Positions 1-12,446 of a stretch of DNA of 64,000 bases are shown one piece after another. The stretch is from Botryllus schlosseri (Eukaryota). Position numbers and translations under genes: made by a program. Position 1 is the first letter of the stretch, and each line of letters starts with the position of its first letter. The notes beneath the pieces were generated by a model. That model ran no database searches and was not told the DNA's origin. It saw nothing but the letters and a program-made list of their open reading frames with translations. The stretch is taken from NCBI GenBank assembly GCA_051294905.1, contig CM119371.1, forward strand, positions 33,358,001-33,422,000, written 5' to 3'.

Positions 1-479
1 TTTTAAACCAACTGCAAAGATGAATGTGCCGCGCTAATTCGCCAATCCATTGCGAATCGTTGCGGTGGTGACGTAAACTTCCACAGAAAGTTGATTGTCG
101 ATATTATATTAAAATTATGACTATTTTTATGTTGCAATAAAACGACCTGCTGAATTACCGTAAATCAACATCAAATACACTTCAGTTCGAGTTTAATGCA
201 GAGTGCACACCCTATTCAAGTGCTTCCAGTTATTATGTAATTCAAATGGACAACCCCTGGCTTGAGCGCTCTCTTGGCTCCAATGAGTCGAAATTTCATG
301 AAGGTGGGAATTGTTGCTATACAATGCCTTTCCCATTATCTACTAGTTGCTGACTATTAACTCGTAGAAGTGTGACCCGTAAATATTCCGGTTTATTTCA
401 ATATGGCCATACTATTTAATCGTATTTCAGATATTATCATACTATCTTTAAGATAGTTTTATGTGCTAAATAAATCTGT

Positions 480-670
480 CTCACTTACAAGAATAACCTC
501 AAGAGTCATATGAATATGCATATTGTTATCAGAAAGTATGTATGTGATGTATGTGGGAAAGCATTTACTAGGAAGCAACACCTGAAGCGTCATATGGATA
601 GGCATGCCGGTATCATGAATGTGATGTATGTGGGAAAGCATTCACTTTTAAAGGTGACCTCACTAAACAT
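480..670 (+). pseudogene. Out-of-frame/degenerate N-terminal zinc fingers of the first array
   Basis: 480-612 reads LTYKNNLKSHMNMHIVIRKYVCDVCGKAFTRKQHLKRHMDRH, then a 7-nt deletion. The next finger ends HMNLY (last His lost). Confidence 0.8.
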
Positions 671-1915
671 ATGAATTTGTATACCGGCATCAAAAATCAT
701 GAATGTGATGTATGTGGGAAGGCATTTACTTGGAAAGGTGGCCTCGCAAAACATATGAATATGCATACCGGCATCAAAAATCATGAATGTGATGTTTGTG
801 GGAAGGCATTTACTTGGAAAGCTGACCTCACGCAACATATGGATATGCATACTGGCATCAGAAATCAGAAATGTGGTGTTTGTGGGAAAGCATTTACTAG
901 GAAGCATGACTTCAAGCAACATATGGATATGCATGCCGGCATAATAAATAATAAATGTGATGTTTGTGGGAAAGCATTTACTAGGAAGCACGACCTCAAG
1001 CGTCATATGGATATGCATACTGGCAACAAAAATCATAAATGTGATGTTTGTGGGAAAGCATTCATTAATAGGAATAAACTCTGGATTCATATGAATGTGC
1101 ATGCTGATATCCGAAATCATGATTGTGATGTATGTGGGAAAGCATTTACTTGGAAGCATTACCTCAAGTATCATATGGATATGCATGCTGGCGTCAAAAA
1201 GCACCAATGTGATCTATGTGGGAAAGCATTCATTAAGAAGAATACCATCATGCATCATAGGAATATACATGCAGGCATCAAAAATCATAATCATGAATGT
1301 GATGTATGTGGGAAAGCATTTACTTTGAAAGGTGAACTCACAAACCATATGGATATGCATACCAACATCAGAAATCATGAATGTGATGTGTGTGGGAAAG
1401 CATTTACCAGAAAGTATGACCTCAAGCAACATATGGATATGCATGCCGGCATCAAAAATCATATATGTGATGTTTGTGGAAAAGCATTTACTAAGAAGCA
1501 GGACCTCGAGGCTCATATGGATATGCATACTGGCAACAAAAATCATAAATGTGATGTATGTGGAAAAGCCTTCACTCATAAGAATTACCTCTGGAGTCAT
1601 ATGAATGTGCATGCTTACAGCAAAAATCATGATTGTTATGTATGTGGGAAAGCATTTACTAGGAAGCAGGGAATCGAGCTTCATATGCTTATGCACGAAG
1701 GTGTCAAAAAACATAAATGTGATGTATGTGGGAAGTCATTTTCTAGGGACCATCACCTCAAGTCCCATTTGGCTAGGCATGCTGGCGTCAAAGAACATGA
1801 ATGTGATGTATGTGAGAAAGCATTTACTACGAAGGGTGAACTCAAGCATCATATGAATATACACGCAGGCGTCAAAAACATAAATGTGAAGTATGTGGTA
1901 AAGCATTCACTCTGA
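671..1915 (+). CDS. Tandem C2H2 zinc-finger protein, 14 intact fingers (core of a longer array frameshifted at both ends; possibly a pseudogene or terminal exon)
   Basis: 14 repeats of CxxCx12Hx3H with ~84-nt period. Upstream finger at 543 is out of frame (77-nt spacing). One A is missing at ~1874-1878, so further degenerate fingers continue out of frame to ~2360. Confidence 0.9.
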   Translation: MNLYTGIKNHECDVCGKAFTWKGGLAKHMNMHTGIKNHECDVCGKAFTWKADLTQHMDMHTGIRNQKCGVCGKAFTRKHDFKQHMDMHAGIINNKCDVCGKAFTRKHDLKRHMDMHTGNKNHKCDVCGKAFINRNKLWIHMNVHADIRNHDCDVCGKAFTWKHYLKYHMDMHAGVKKHQCDLCGKAFIKKNTIMHHRNIHAGIKNHNHECDVCGKAFTLKGELTNHMDMHTNIRNHECDVCGKAFTRKYDLKQHMDMHAGIKNHICDVCGKAFTKKQDLEAHMDMHTGNKNHKCDVCGKAFTHKNYLWSHMNVHAYSKNHDCYVCGKAFTRKQGIELHMLMHEGVKKHKCDVCGKSFSRDHHLKSHLARHAGVKEHECDVCEKAFTTKGELKHHMNIHAGVKNINVKYVVKHSL

Positions 1916-2360
1916 AGATTACCATCATGCGTCATATGAATATGTATGTTGGCATCAGAAATTATGAATGTGATATAGGTGGGAAAGCATTTACTTTGAA
2001 AGGTGACCTCAAGTGTCAAATAACTACTAGGAAGCATCACCCCAGTTCTCATATGGATATGCATGTTGGCATCAAATAACATTAATGTGATGTATGTGGG
2101 AGATCCTTCACTCAGAAGAAACCTTGAGCAACATATTACAATAAATGCTGGATGAAAAAGCATGAATAAAATGTATGTGGGAAAGCATTTACTAGGAAGG
2201 GTGACCACAAGCTTTATATGGATATGCATTCCGACATCAAAAAACATAACATGGATGTGTAATATCATTCACTCAAAAGAATAACCACAGGTGACATATG
2301 CAAATGCATACTGCCATCAACAATCATGTGGGAGAGCATATACTGCGAAGGGTTACTTCA
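1876..2360 (+). pseudogene. Degenerate C-terminal zinc fingers of the first array
   Basis: Shifted frame reads CEVCGKAFTLKITIMRHMNMY...CDIGGKAFTLKGDL, then stops and indels. Repeated tgtgggaaagcatttact motifs. Confidence 0.8.
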
Positions 2361-2632
2361 AGGGTGACCTCATTAATATACATTACTTCTAAGTACCTGA
2401 AAATCGTATGTCTTCTTATTTCTATACGATGAGTCAATTTTCCCTGACGTAAATTCATTGTCGTGTGAGGACATGCATTGCGTATTCACGTGTACAATTG
2501 TAGTTGATATCTGTTGGCCAGCCGCGCTTTATACTGCTACCAGTGAAAGTTATAGTTGTGGTGTCTCCTTTGATAACTGCGTAAGTGGCATCTGCGTGAT
2601 TGGCATCTGGCCGCTTCTGCGGTTGAACGCCT

Positions 2633-2638
2633 AATAAA
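2633..2638 (+). promoter_or_regulatory. Candidate polyadenylation signal of ZNF gene 1
   Basis: AATAAA in a context (..cgc[c/t]taataaagtctct..) conserved in all four copies of the ZNF 3' flank (also 5530-5535 +, 17035-17040 -, 44960-44965 -). Confidence 0.5.
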
Positions 2639-3449
2639 GTCTCTCCAGCAGTTGTTGTATCGTGAGTAATGAACTACAGACGAAGGTGTTTTTTTTACGG
2701 GAATGAGTTCTATTACCTGGTTTGGTATTGAATAGCTGACGTTTTTGAAATCAGGACAATGTGGACATTGGACTTTGGTCATAGCAAACTTCCGTAGGCC
2801 ATGGGTTCATGTGCACAATGTTGCAACATGTGAACCCATTGTTAGGTCAAAGAGTTTGTGAATAGAAAAGGAATTTGAACATTCAAAGGATTGAAGGACT
2901 CATAGCACACAACAAAATAGACTATGAATTAGAACAAGGGCCGGCAACCCTTTTTGCTCTGCGGATCAGTTTCATGACTGAAAAACGTGACCCTAAGGTC
3001 GTTATTTAATATGAGGTGTGACGATGAGGAATATGCTACAACAAAGAAGAAGATCTCGTTCTTTCGCCTTTAAATAAGCACTCGATATCCCACAGGATTT
3101 CACAATTCAAAACGTCAATAACATCATGCTTTATCAAATGTTAGGTCATATGTTAGCTCGTATATTTTATGTTTAAGACAATCAGCATTTTGTGTAGTGT
3201 GCGATACAACATGCATCGTTCACGAAAGTAGTCCGCCTTAGGCTTGCAAAAGAATAAGGTATAGTCGCGATACGTTAAGTACTGTCCTTTTCAACCGTAT
3301 TGACATTATCTGCACTTTTTTGCAAAAAAAATCCTTCGCACAAAGAATCCGAAAGTTGGTTGGAGATAATGAAGAGTAATGCGCTACTAATATAGGCCAT
3401 CAAATGTCTCATTAAAAAGACAACTCTTTGCATTCGCTTCCATTGCGGC

Positions 3450-4900
3450 TTTAGTTCACGCGCACCTTCCTGGAAAATACATTGTTGGGTTTTGCACAAG
3501 AACTTCTAGTGCTTTGAGTGCCATGTCTCTATAAAAACTATATAGCACTCCCATCCAAAATACAGCAGATTTTCCAGCAGCAAAAATGCCTGCTAGAAGT
3601 ATACGGTTTTGACAGTATGATAATACGTTCCGGAAACCCCTGCTCATCGAAAGGTTGCAAAACCCACATCCGTTTTTCATATGCTTCCGCCTGACGGCTT
3701 GGAAAACGTGCTCTAAAACTAACAAGAGAGTGAGCACATTAGAGCTCATCAACTCATTATATGCTGCTCCTGGTTATGTTATTTTATCTTGAATCCCCCA
3801 TTTTCTGACTCGCGAGTGAATGAGAAGAGTAAATCATATCGTGCACTCGCACATCAAAAAGAAAGCAACTTTCATTTTAGTATGCAAAGGTTATTCGTAG
3901 GGCTGGGCACAATGATTCGAGTACTCGAATCTGAATCTAGTAATAGTTTTAATGATTCGAGTCGAGTAGTAAAAGACGATATTTTCGAGTGCTGAAATTA
4001 CAAGCTCCTCGCTACTGAAAGGTAATTTATCAACGAGAATTATAGTTTTGATGCTAGTTTCCAAATTGGAAGGCTTAAAACACTGATTGACTGCATTGAA
4101 GCATACGAAACATAGTACAAAGCTACAAAGCTTACGTTAAATAACACATTTTCGAAGTCATATTGATCCCATAACCTTGTCACGAAGTGCAATGAAATCG
4201 GTACGGTCGAGAAAATATCAAAGCATCATTAATGTGGTATGGATAACAGGCATTATATTCTTTGCTGTGGCATAAAAGGTACATATTTGAACTTTGACAT
4301 ATTACATTCTGTTATGACGTCATAATGTGTGTTACTCGAATACTCGACTCGACTCGAAGCATAATACGTGATTCAGAATCGCATAACTCAGGTACTCGAT
4401 GTTGCCCAGCCCTAGTTATACGGGTGTGTATAATAAGGAGAACGCGAAACTACAGTTGCACGCAACCCAGCTCTATATGAAACATCTCTTACGCACGCGA
4501 TTTCAAATTGGAGTGCATTATATTACTCTGTGGGTCGCATTTGTACTTCATTTTACTACATTTGTCATACTGTCAACTCATATTGCAAGAACGGGACTAT
4601 TTTGTGCCGACCACATAGACTATACTATAGAAATTATCAATATCGAAGGCTTTAGCTAACAGTGGACGGTCGTTTTGACCGGATTTCTTCTCTGCCGATC
4701 TTGTTGGCATCGTACTTTGCCCATCTGTATGATGGCGAAATCTCCATGTCATCGCGTGTCCCAGCGATAAAAAGGTGGGCCTCGAAATACCTGTGTCTCA
4801 TAATTCCGCACCCGCTCGTTGCACAGGCACACCCCTATATAAAACATCACACCGGCTTCCGACAGTGTTTTAAAGAGAACCAATGTTGAACAGATCTTAT
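3450..4900 (+). pseudogene. Decayed membrane-protein (7TM/GPCR-like) relic interrupted by a MITE
   Basis: Homologous to 31450-32120 and 61375-61980. Frame at 4480 reads KHLLRTRFQIGVHYITLWVAFVLHFTTFVILSTHIARTGLFCA, with synonymous differences from the paralogues. Boundaries approximate. Confidence 0.4.
3898..4414. mobile_element. hAT-type MITE (TIR TAGGGCTGGGCA)
   Basis: 12-bp TIRs. 8-bp TSD gttattcg/gttatacg. ACTCG-type subterminal repeats. Confidence 0.85.
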
Positions 4901-5454
4901 TATTAATCCCCAACAATTTGCATTATATAAAGGTCGGCACATTTCCATGATCAAGCCATATTCCAATAACGACTATTTTCGACACGTTAGCTCCGCACAA
5001 GTGCGTACCATCCTACGGGTTAAAACACTGCTGCATATTACATTGTAGTATAACAACACACGCATATTGGGTTGAAATCCGGGCTTCGATCAAGTCACCA
5101 GGTTCCGAGTCACAATTCAGTTTTTCTGTAATAGTTTTACCTCAAGTCAAGGAGTTCTCAATTCTCAACGGATGCCAGTTCGAGTTCAAGTCGGTGGGCA
5201 ACGCTTCTGGTCCGAAACGTAGTGTTAAATCTCAAGTGCGAATCCAAGTCATAGTATTTGTCGTTCATTATCGAGTTCAAGTGAGGTCAGATTCAACTCA
5301 ATTCTGTAACTGATTTGGTTGATATCGAACACCTCGGAATTGTAATACATACTCATTTATCACTCTGAAAATGTTTTTTCGAACAGACTTAAGTGTGTTT
5401 CTGGGCCTATTTTCCAGTTATTGGTTTTGATATACGAGATTTGAATAAGTCATA

Positions 5455-6790
<1,336 letters not shown>

Positions 6791-7327
6791 CTCGATAGTG
6801 ATGTACCAGGTTTCTGCTGTTTAGTTTAAAGCAGAATAAGCTGCGGGGAAAGCAGCATTTATCGCGTATAGTGGTAAAGTGCGCAGTGAAGTCGAAACTT
6901 GGGTTAAAAGTAGCAAAGCTATAAATCATTGATAAATTCATCTAAATTATATTGCACATATAGTTTTAGCTACTAATAAGGCTAAATCTGATTGATAAAA
7001 ATGGGCAAGCGTAAAAGCGTTTTTCGTGACAATTATTAGAGAGAATTCAAAGGTATCAAATGAAGTCGAAGGGTGAGTGTTTCGCACATTGCAATATCTG
7101 CAATTGTGACAATAACCTAGAGGCTGTTAGCGCGCGCGTACGGCTTTGCAGTGTCTCGTGATATCTTGGTGTATTTAATTTAATTGTCTCGTGTTTGATC
7201 ATCATTATCAGTCTCGTTTTCTCTCCCTATATATTCAATTGCTGGACTCGTTTTCGTTGGTTACTTTGCTGAACAGACGGTTGGAGATTCTTGGGATAAA
7301 GCATCGTTGTAAATCCTACTTTGTGCC

Positions 7328-8982
7328 CAGTGGCGGCTCGTCCTATAGGGCAACTGGGGCATTGCCCCACCTGAAATTCTGTTCAATAACAGTTCTTTAC
7401 CATTTATAGACGCAAAGCAATCTATATATACCGAAATCACAGCAAAAATCGTATTCTTCTTGTCCTTTCGCTTGTAAATGCCCATATATACAGCGAAGTC
7501 TCTGCGAAAATCGAATTCTCTTCCGTGTTTTCGCTTTGCAAATGCCTAGCCGGGGCATGCCCCGGTAGCGCTCATAACAAGCTTTCACTGTCTATTCTCT
7601 CAAAGCTGCGCACAATAAAGAAACAGTGATTTACTCTCTCCTATTCATAAAATGACCGAGCAACCGGGGCAACATAGCCTGCTTGCCCTTAAGGTGTGAT
7701 GTAACAATCGTATCTACATCTGAACTCGGTTACCGTCATATGCGTTTAGTCGACCTTTGCTGGTATAGGTCGATTTTGATGGTGTTTCACACCATGATAA
7801 TTCTTGAAACTTGGTATGTCATGTCGTGATGGTGGTATTTAACATTGTCCCAAGTTTCAGGGTTTCTACTTAAAGTTTAGGGTAGTAATTCCGTTTCCGA
7901 TGTTGAGTGTGTGCTGATTCGTCATGTATCGCAAACAGATTTTACTCAAAAGCCGGTATTGGTATCCATTGATTTTGACGATGTTCCATACCGAGATCGG
8001 TCATGACATTTGGTACGGTAAGTCTTAATGTTAGTATTCAACGCGGTACCAAGTTTCAAGTTTGTCACTGTACTGTGTTAGTGGTAATTTCGTTTCCTAA
8101 GTCGAGTGAGAGCTGACTCGTCATTTATCGCAAACATATTTTACGCAAAGCCGGTATTGGTCTCCATTGATTTTAACGATGCTCCTTACCTAGATCCGTC
8201 ATGAGCTTTTGCATGGTATGTCTTGATTTTAGTATCGAACGCTGTGCCAAGTCTCAAGGTTGGCACTCAATGATTAGGGCAGCAGTTTCGTTATCAAGGT
8301 CGAGTATGTTAAAGATGTGCGCTGATCTGACACTTAGCCTACCTAACGCATTGCGGATTTCACGCAAAAGTCGGCGTATCTGTGTTAACGCTAACTGTGT
8401 TCCATACTGAGATAAGTGATGAGATGATGATATCATGAAACAGTTTACTAACATCCTCGGTTTGCATTCAAATATTTACTTTTATTTTATATTCTCCAAT
8501 GTCAATTTTGACCGTGAAATTGTGGCCTTCAGGCCATTTGCTTACAATTACAACCCGTCAAGCGCGATAGCTGTTTCGTTTTCGATGGCGGCTAACAGCT
8601 GATCGCTTGATCAATGATAAGCCTATTCCTCAGTAAATTTTACGCAAAATTCGGTGTTGGTCTGTTTGTATTAATTTTGACAGTGTACCATACCGAAAAC
8701 GGTCATGAGGCTACTTCTCGTTGATTTCATGTAACAGTGTACCAAGTTTTCGGCTTTCATCCACGTATTTATTCGGTAATATATTTTCCAAAGGCGATTT
8801 TGCAGCAGACATATAGACCGTAAGCCGTATGTGTCGTGTGACAGTCTCCAGCATCAAGGCCAAAATATCTCCTATGCTGTATCGGGACCGAATTTCCGAG
8901 GCTGTTATCCGTAGTTCTTCAGAATTATGTTTTGGATTCAATATGACATTGTCCAATCTATGAGATAACAATTGCGTATGTG
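7328..8982. mobile_element. Truncated copy of the non-autonomous hAT element seen complete (inverted) at 53422-55342
   Basis: Begins with TIR CAGTGGCGGCTCGT. Reverse-complement match to 53740-55342. Contains degenerate ~200-bp internal tandem repeats (aaagccggtattggt at ~7950 and ~8147). Ends abruptly at 8982. Confidence 0.85.
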
Positions 8983-9510
8983 CAGGGTTGTAATGACTCG
9001 AGTCATGACTCGACTCGAGTCAGACTCGAGTCACGATTTTTTTATGACTCGACTTGACTCGAGTCATTTTCTTGAAATGGGAAAATGACTCGACTCGACT
9101 CGAGTCAATATTTGGATTGACTCGACTTGTACTCGAGTCATTACGCATGACTCGACCCAAGTCATTGACTCGGCTTATTTTATATGACTTGAAGATGAAG
9201 AAATTTGCGAATCATAATGGCTATAGATCAACGCATCCGACGAATTCTGCCGACATCGCTATTTGTCACCACTGCTTTCTTCGCACTTGTCTCATATCAG
9301 ATATGCCGCCGTAAAAACAACAGAAAATGTACATAGTAGCAATGCATTGTACAAAATCGTCCAGTGATGAAGAGGTAATAGATCCTCCGCAATTAAAGTA
9401 CTCAAGACTTTTCAATTATACAAGCAAGCAATTGAATCAAAATTCAATTAGAGCCAATGAAATGACTCAGATGGTGAAGAGATGATAAGCTCATGTGTAG
9501 ATTTGAAGGC

Positions 9511-9726
9511 GATGATTCTTTGCATTTTTGGGCGACTAGAAAGAATGAGTATTGAATGATATTCAGTGTGGTTCAAAAATGCTTGTCAATTCCTGCATCA
9601 AGTTCTAGTGCACTAGTGGAACGTGTATTCAGTATATGTGGATTCATTTTATGGCCATGCCGCTTTAACATATTTGAGGATCTCCTTTCCACATTAGTAT
9701 TTTTGAGGTGTAACTCATTGATTTGA
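9511..9726 (+). pseudogene. hAT transposase C-terminal dimerisation-domain relic
   Basis: Translates DDSLHFWATRKNEY*MIFSVVQKCLSIPASSSSALVERVFSICGFILWPCRFNIFEDLLSTLVFLRCNSLI*, matching the hAT FW...LSIPASS..ERxFS pattern. Copy at 38979-39194. Confidence 0.85.
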
Positions 9727-10910
9727 TCTGCTGTCTGTGAAAACACACAATGCCCCTCGTCCATTTGACGTTTTGTTAGGTATGTGCATTGTGCACGTGA
9801 GTAATAATGAATGGCTAATGTTATGTGAAGTTTGTACAATATGGCTGTTCTAAAATAACTTCTTTTTTTATTTTACTGGGTGGTTACTTGATAAAATTGT
9901 CATGTTGCATAGAAGGAACACTGAATCTGGCTTAATTTGAAAAAAGTGGAATCAATGATGTAAGAGGAGAATATTTTGGATTTGAAAATAAATGGAGTAT
10001 TTTAGTGAGAAATTCTTTCATATAATATAATACATAGTAGTAAGCCGACTATTTTTTCATATCCAAAACATTCTAATCTAATAACTTCACTTTTTCTAGT
10101 TGGAATGGAGTCACATTTGCTATGAATCATATTTTTACACAATGTAGCAATATCATGAGATAGCCGGTAAAATTCGAAAATATCTATTTGAAATTAGTCT
10201 AAAATTTTCTTTCATAGCATTGCTTTCTACTGGTTGGAATTGAGCCAAATTTGATTTTTTAGGCAATCTAGCAATTTTAAGAAGTAGCCGGAATATTTGA
10301 AAAAATGTTTTTGAACAGCCCCATTGTACAATTATTTCTCCAATGCTGTAACTGCGATGTAGTCTGTAATGCACTTTAGTATAATCAAAAGGTATCTGTT
10401 CTGTTGTCACTGCACAATGTACATAGTTGCATGCACGCTTTTACAGCATGCTGGCCTGTTGCAAATACCTCTACATAAACATGCATCTATTGATTCTCTA
10501 TCAACTATAGTATCTTGACGTGAATTTGTTGGTTCTCTATCAGATAGTATGTAGACGTGAATTCGTTGGCTCTCTATCAGCTATTCGTGAGCTATCGTCG
10601 ATGTGCTCATAATAAAAACTGAATGCTTGTATTGGTGATGTATCAGACTGACAAGAGAGATATTTGATTTTAAGGTCTAAGATTAGTAAAGTTATCTTTA
10701 GCATCGGTAAATGAGGCCAGGACCCGTCCGTTATCTGCCTAAATAAACACTTGTCAAGACTCTGATAGGGGCAAAATGAGCATGTTTCGCAAACAAGGAA
10801 TTCGATATCACCCAAGCAGGATTGAAAATATGAGTTGAACATGACTTCAATACTGTGACTTGGACTCGACTCGAGTCATAACACCATGACTCGGACTTGA
10901 CCCCTTAAAC

Positions 10911-12446
10911 CAGTGGTTCTTAACCTTTTTTCTTCCAGCGCCCCCTTTAAAAAATTATTGTGCTCCAGCGCCCCCCCAACTTCATATTGTAAGGAATGTA
11001 ATAAAGACAATGAGTAAGAGGGAGGACCGTGACAGCACTTCGTTAACCCACCTAAAACGATTGCCTTGCGCACCCATAGCGTGATAAACCGAACTTCTGA
11101 GGGCTTCGCCCCCACGAACCCCATTTCGTGATTTAGATGGTCAGCAAAGTTTGTGTGGCCTGGTCGCCCTAGGTGCCAAAATTTTCCATAATGCATGAAT
11201 GAATAGGTGGTAATTACATATATAAGTCGCTATAAACTTTTTATCCTCTCAGCCCACGTAATCAGATTTACCAGTAGCACTGAGTGAGCTGTTGTATAGG
11301 AAAATAAAGGGCACGTAATTAATAATTGAACATATTCGGGCGTGCCCGCAGGTACAATTATTCGTTACCAGGGCCGTAACAGCACTTCTTCAGCCCCCCC
11401 CCAAACAAAAAACGTTGGTCCTGGGCCCCCATCGGGTGATAAACCAAACTTCCGGGGGACTTCACTCCCAGACCCCCAGTAGGCTGTCCGCTATTTGCTG
11501 ATAGCCTATTAGGTATTTAAATTGGGTGTCCATTTACTGAGGCAGCTATTCTCGCCTATTCGCGCGAAGTGCGAAAAATTTCACTAATTAATGATTGAAT
11601 TGGTCAATATCATCGGGAATTGCATGTAAATTGGGATCAATTTTTATCCTCTCTCTGCTCACGTAAACACATTTACCGGTAGAGCTGAGTGAGGTGCAAT
11701 GTTCCCTCTAAGCTGCGCACGCGCGCAGTGCTGACACGGTCTCTGCACACAGAAAATCTACGTTGCGCACAACAAATCCGGAGTTATTACCTTTTTGTAG
11801 TCGTTACGCACTGTTGTCCAAGGGTCAGCGCAGTGAGTTGTTGAGTGTGCGCAGACTCATCAAAACTTAAAGCGAACATTGTGAGGTTTCTTGGAAACTG
11901 TAGGGCCCGTTACTAATAATTAAACATATTCGGGCGGGCGAACCCGTTGGTATGACTTCGTTGCATGGTGTTATTTCGTGACCCCCTGTCTGCAATATCA
12001 AAAAATATAGAATCGCTCATCGGGGATATCGCCCAACAGCAATATCCCTGTCGCCCAATCGTACTAAACTAAAAGACGCACACGATTTCAGATTGGAATT
12101 TCTTCACTGACATAATTTTTCCCTGCCAGATGGAATTCGTCTTCTGGGGTTCAGATTGCCAAGACAGGAACATTCGGTGTCAGTCATTTAGGCGCCCATG
12201 GACAATCAAACCTATATGTATTTTGAAGGTTATATGTAACGAAGTTTTCGGTGTTAATTTGCTCTGAATACTCATTAAGTATGTCCTATCACCACATCAT
12301 CTACTGCGAAGCCATTTTTCTCCAGCGCCCCCCATACCGCCCCCCTGAGCCCAGCGCCCCCCATATCGCCCCCTGAGCGTTTCCGCCCCCCTTCAAGATC
12401 GCCAGCGCCCCCTGGGGGGCGCTGGGGGCAAGGTTAAGAACCACTG
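10911..12446. mobile_element. Non-autonomous hAT (Charlie/Buster-like) element, present only in copy A
   Basis: Perfect 15-bp TIR CAGTGGTTCTTAACC. Perfect TSD CCTTAAAC. Empty site at 40372-40379. Confidence 0.95.
11697..11881. mobile_element. Small MITE (TIR CAATGTTCCCTCTAAG-like) nested in the 10911 element
   Basis: caatgttccctctaag...cttaaagcgaacattg, flanked by tgaggt on both sides. Related host sequence without it at ~14340. Confidence 0.65.

Noticed and set aside
590..2268. Long antisense and alternate-frame ORFs over the ZNF arrays (also 17372-18521 and 45297-46446)
   Set aside because: By-products of the 84-nt repetitive finger code; no independent protein signature.
8990..9175. GACTCGAGTC palindromic arrays as CRISPR-like or regulatory repeats
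   Set aside because: No constant repeat-spacer periodicity and no cas genes; they sit just inside hAT TIRs as subterminal repeats.
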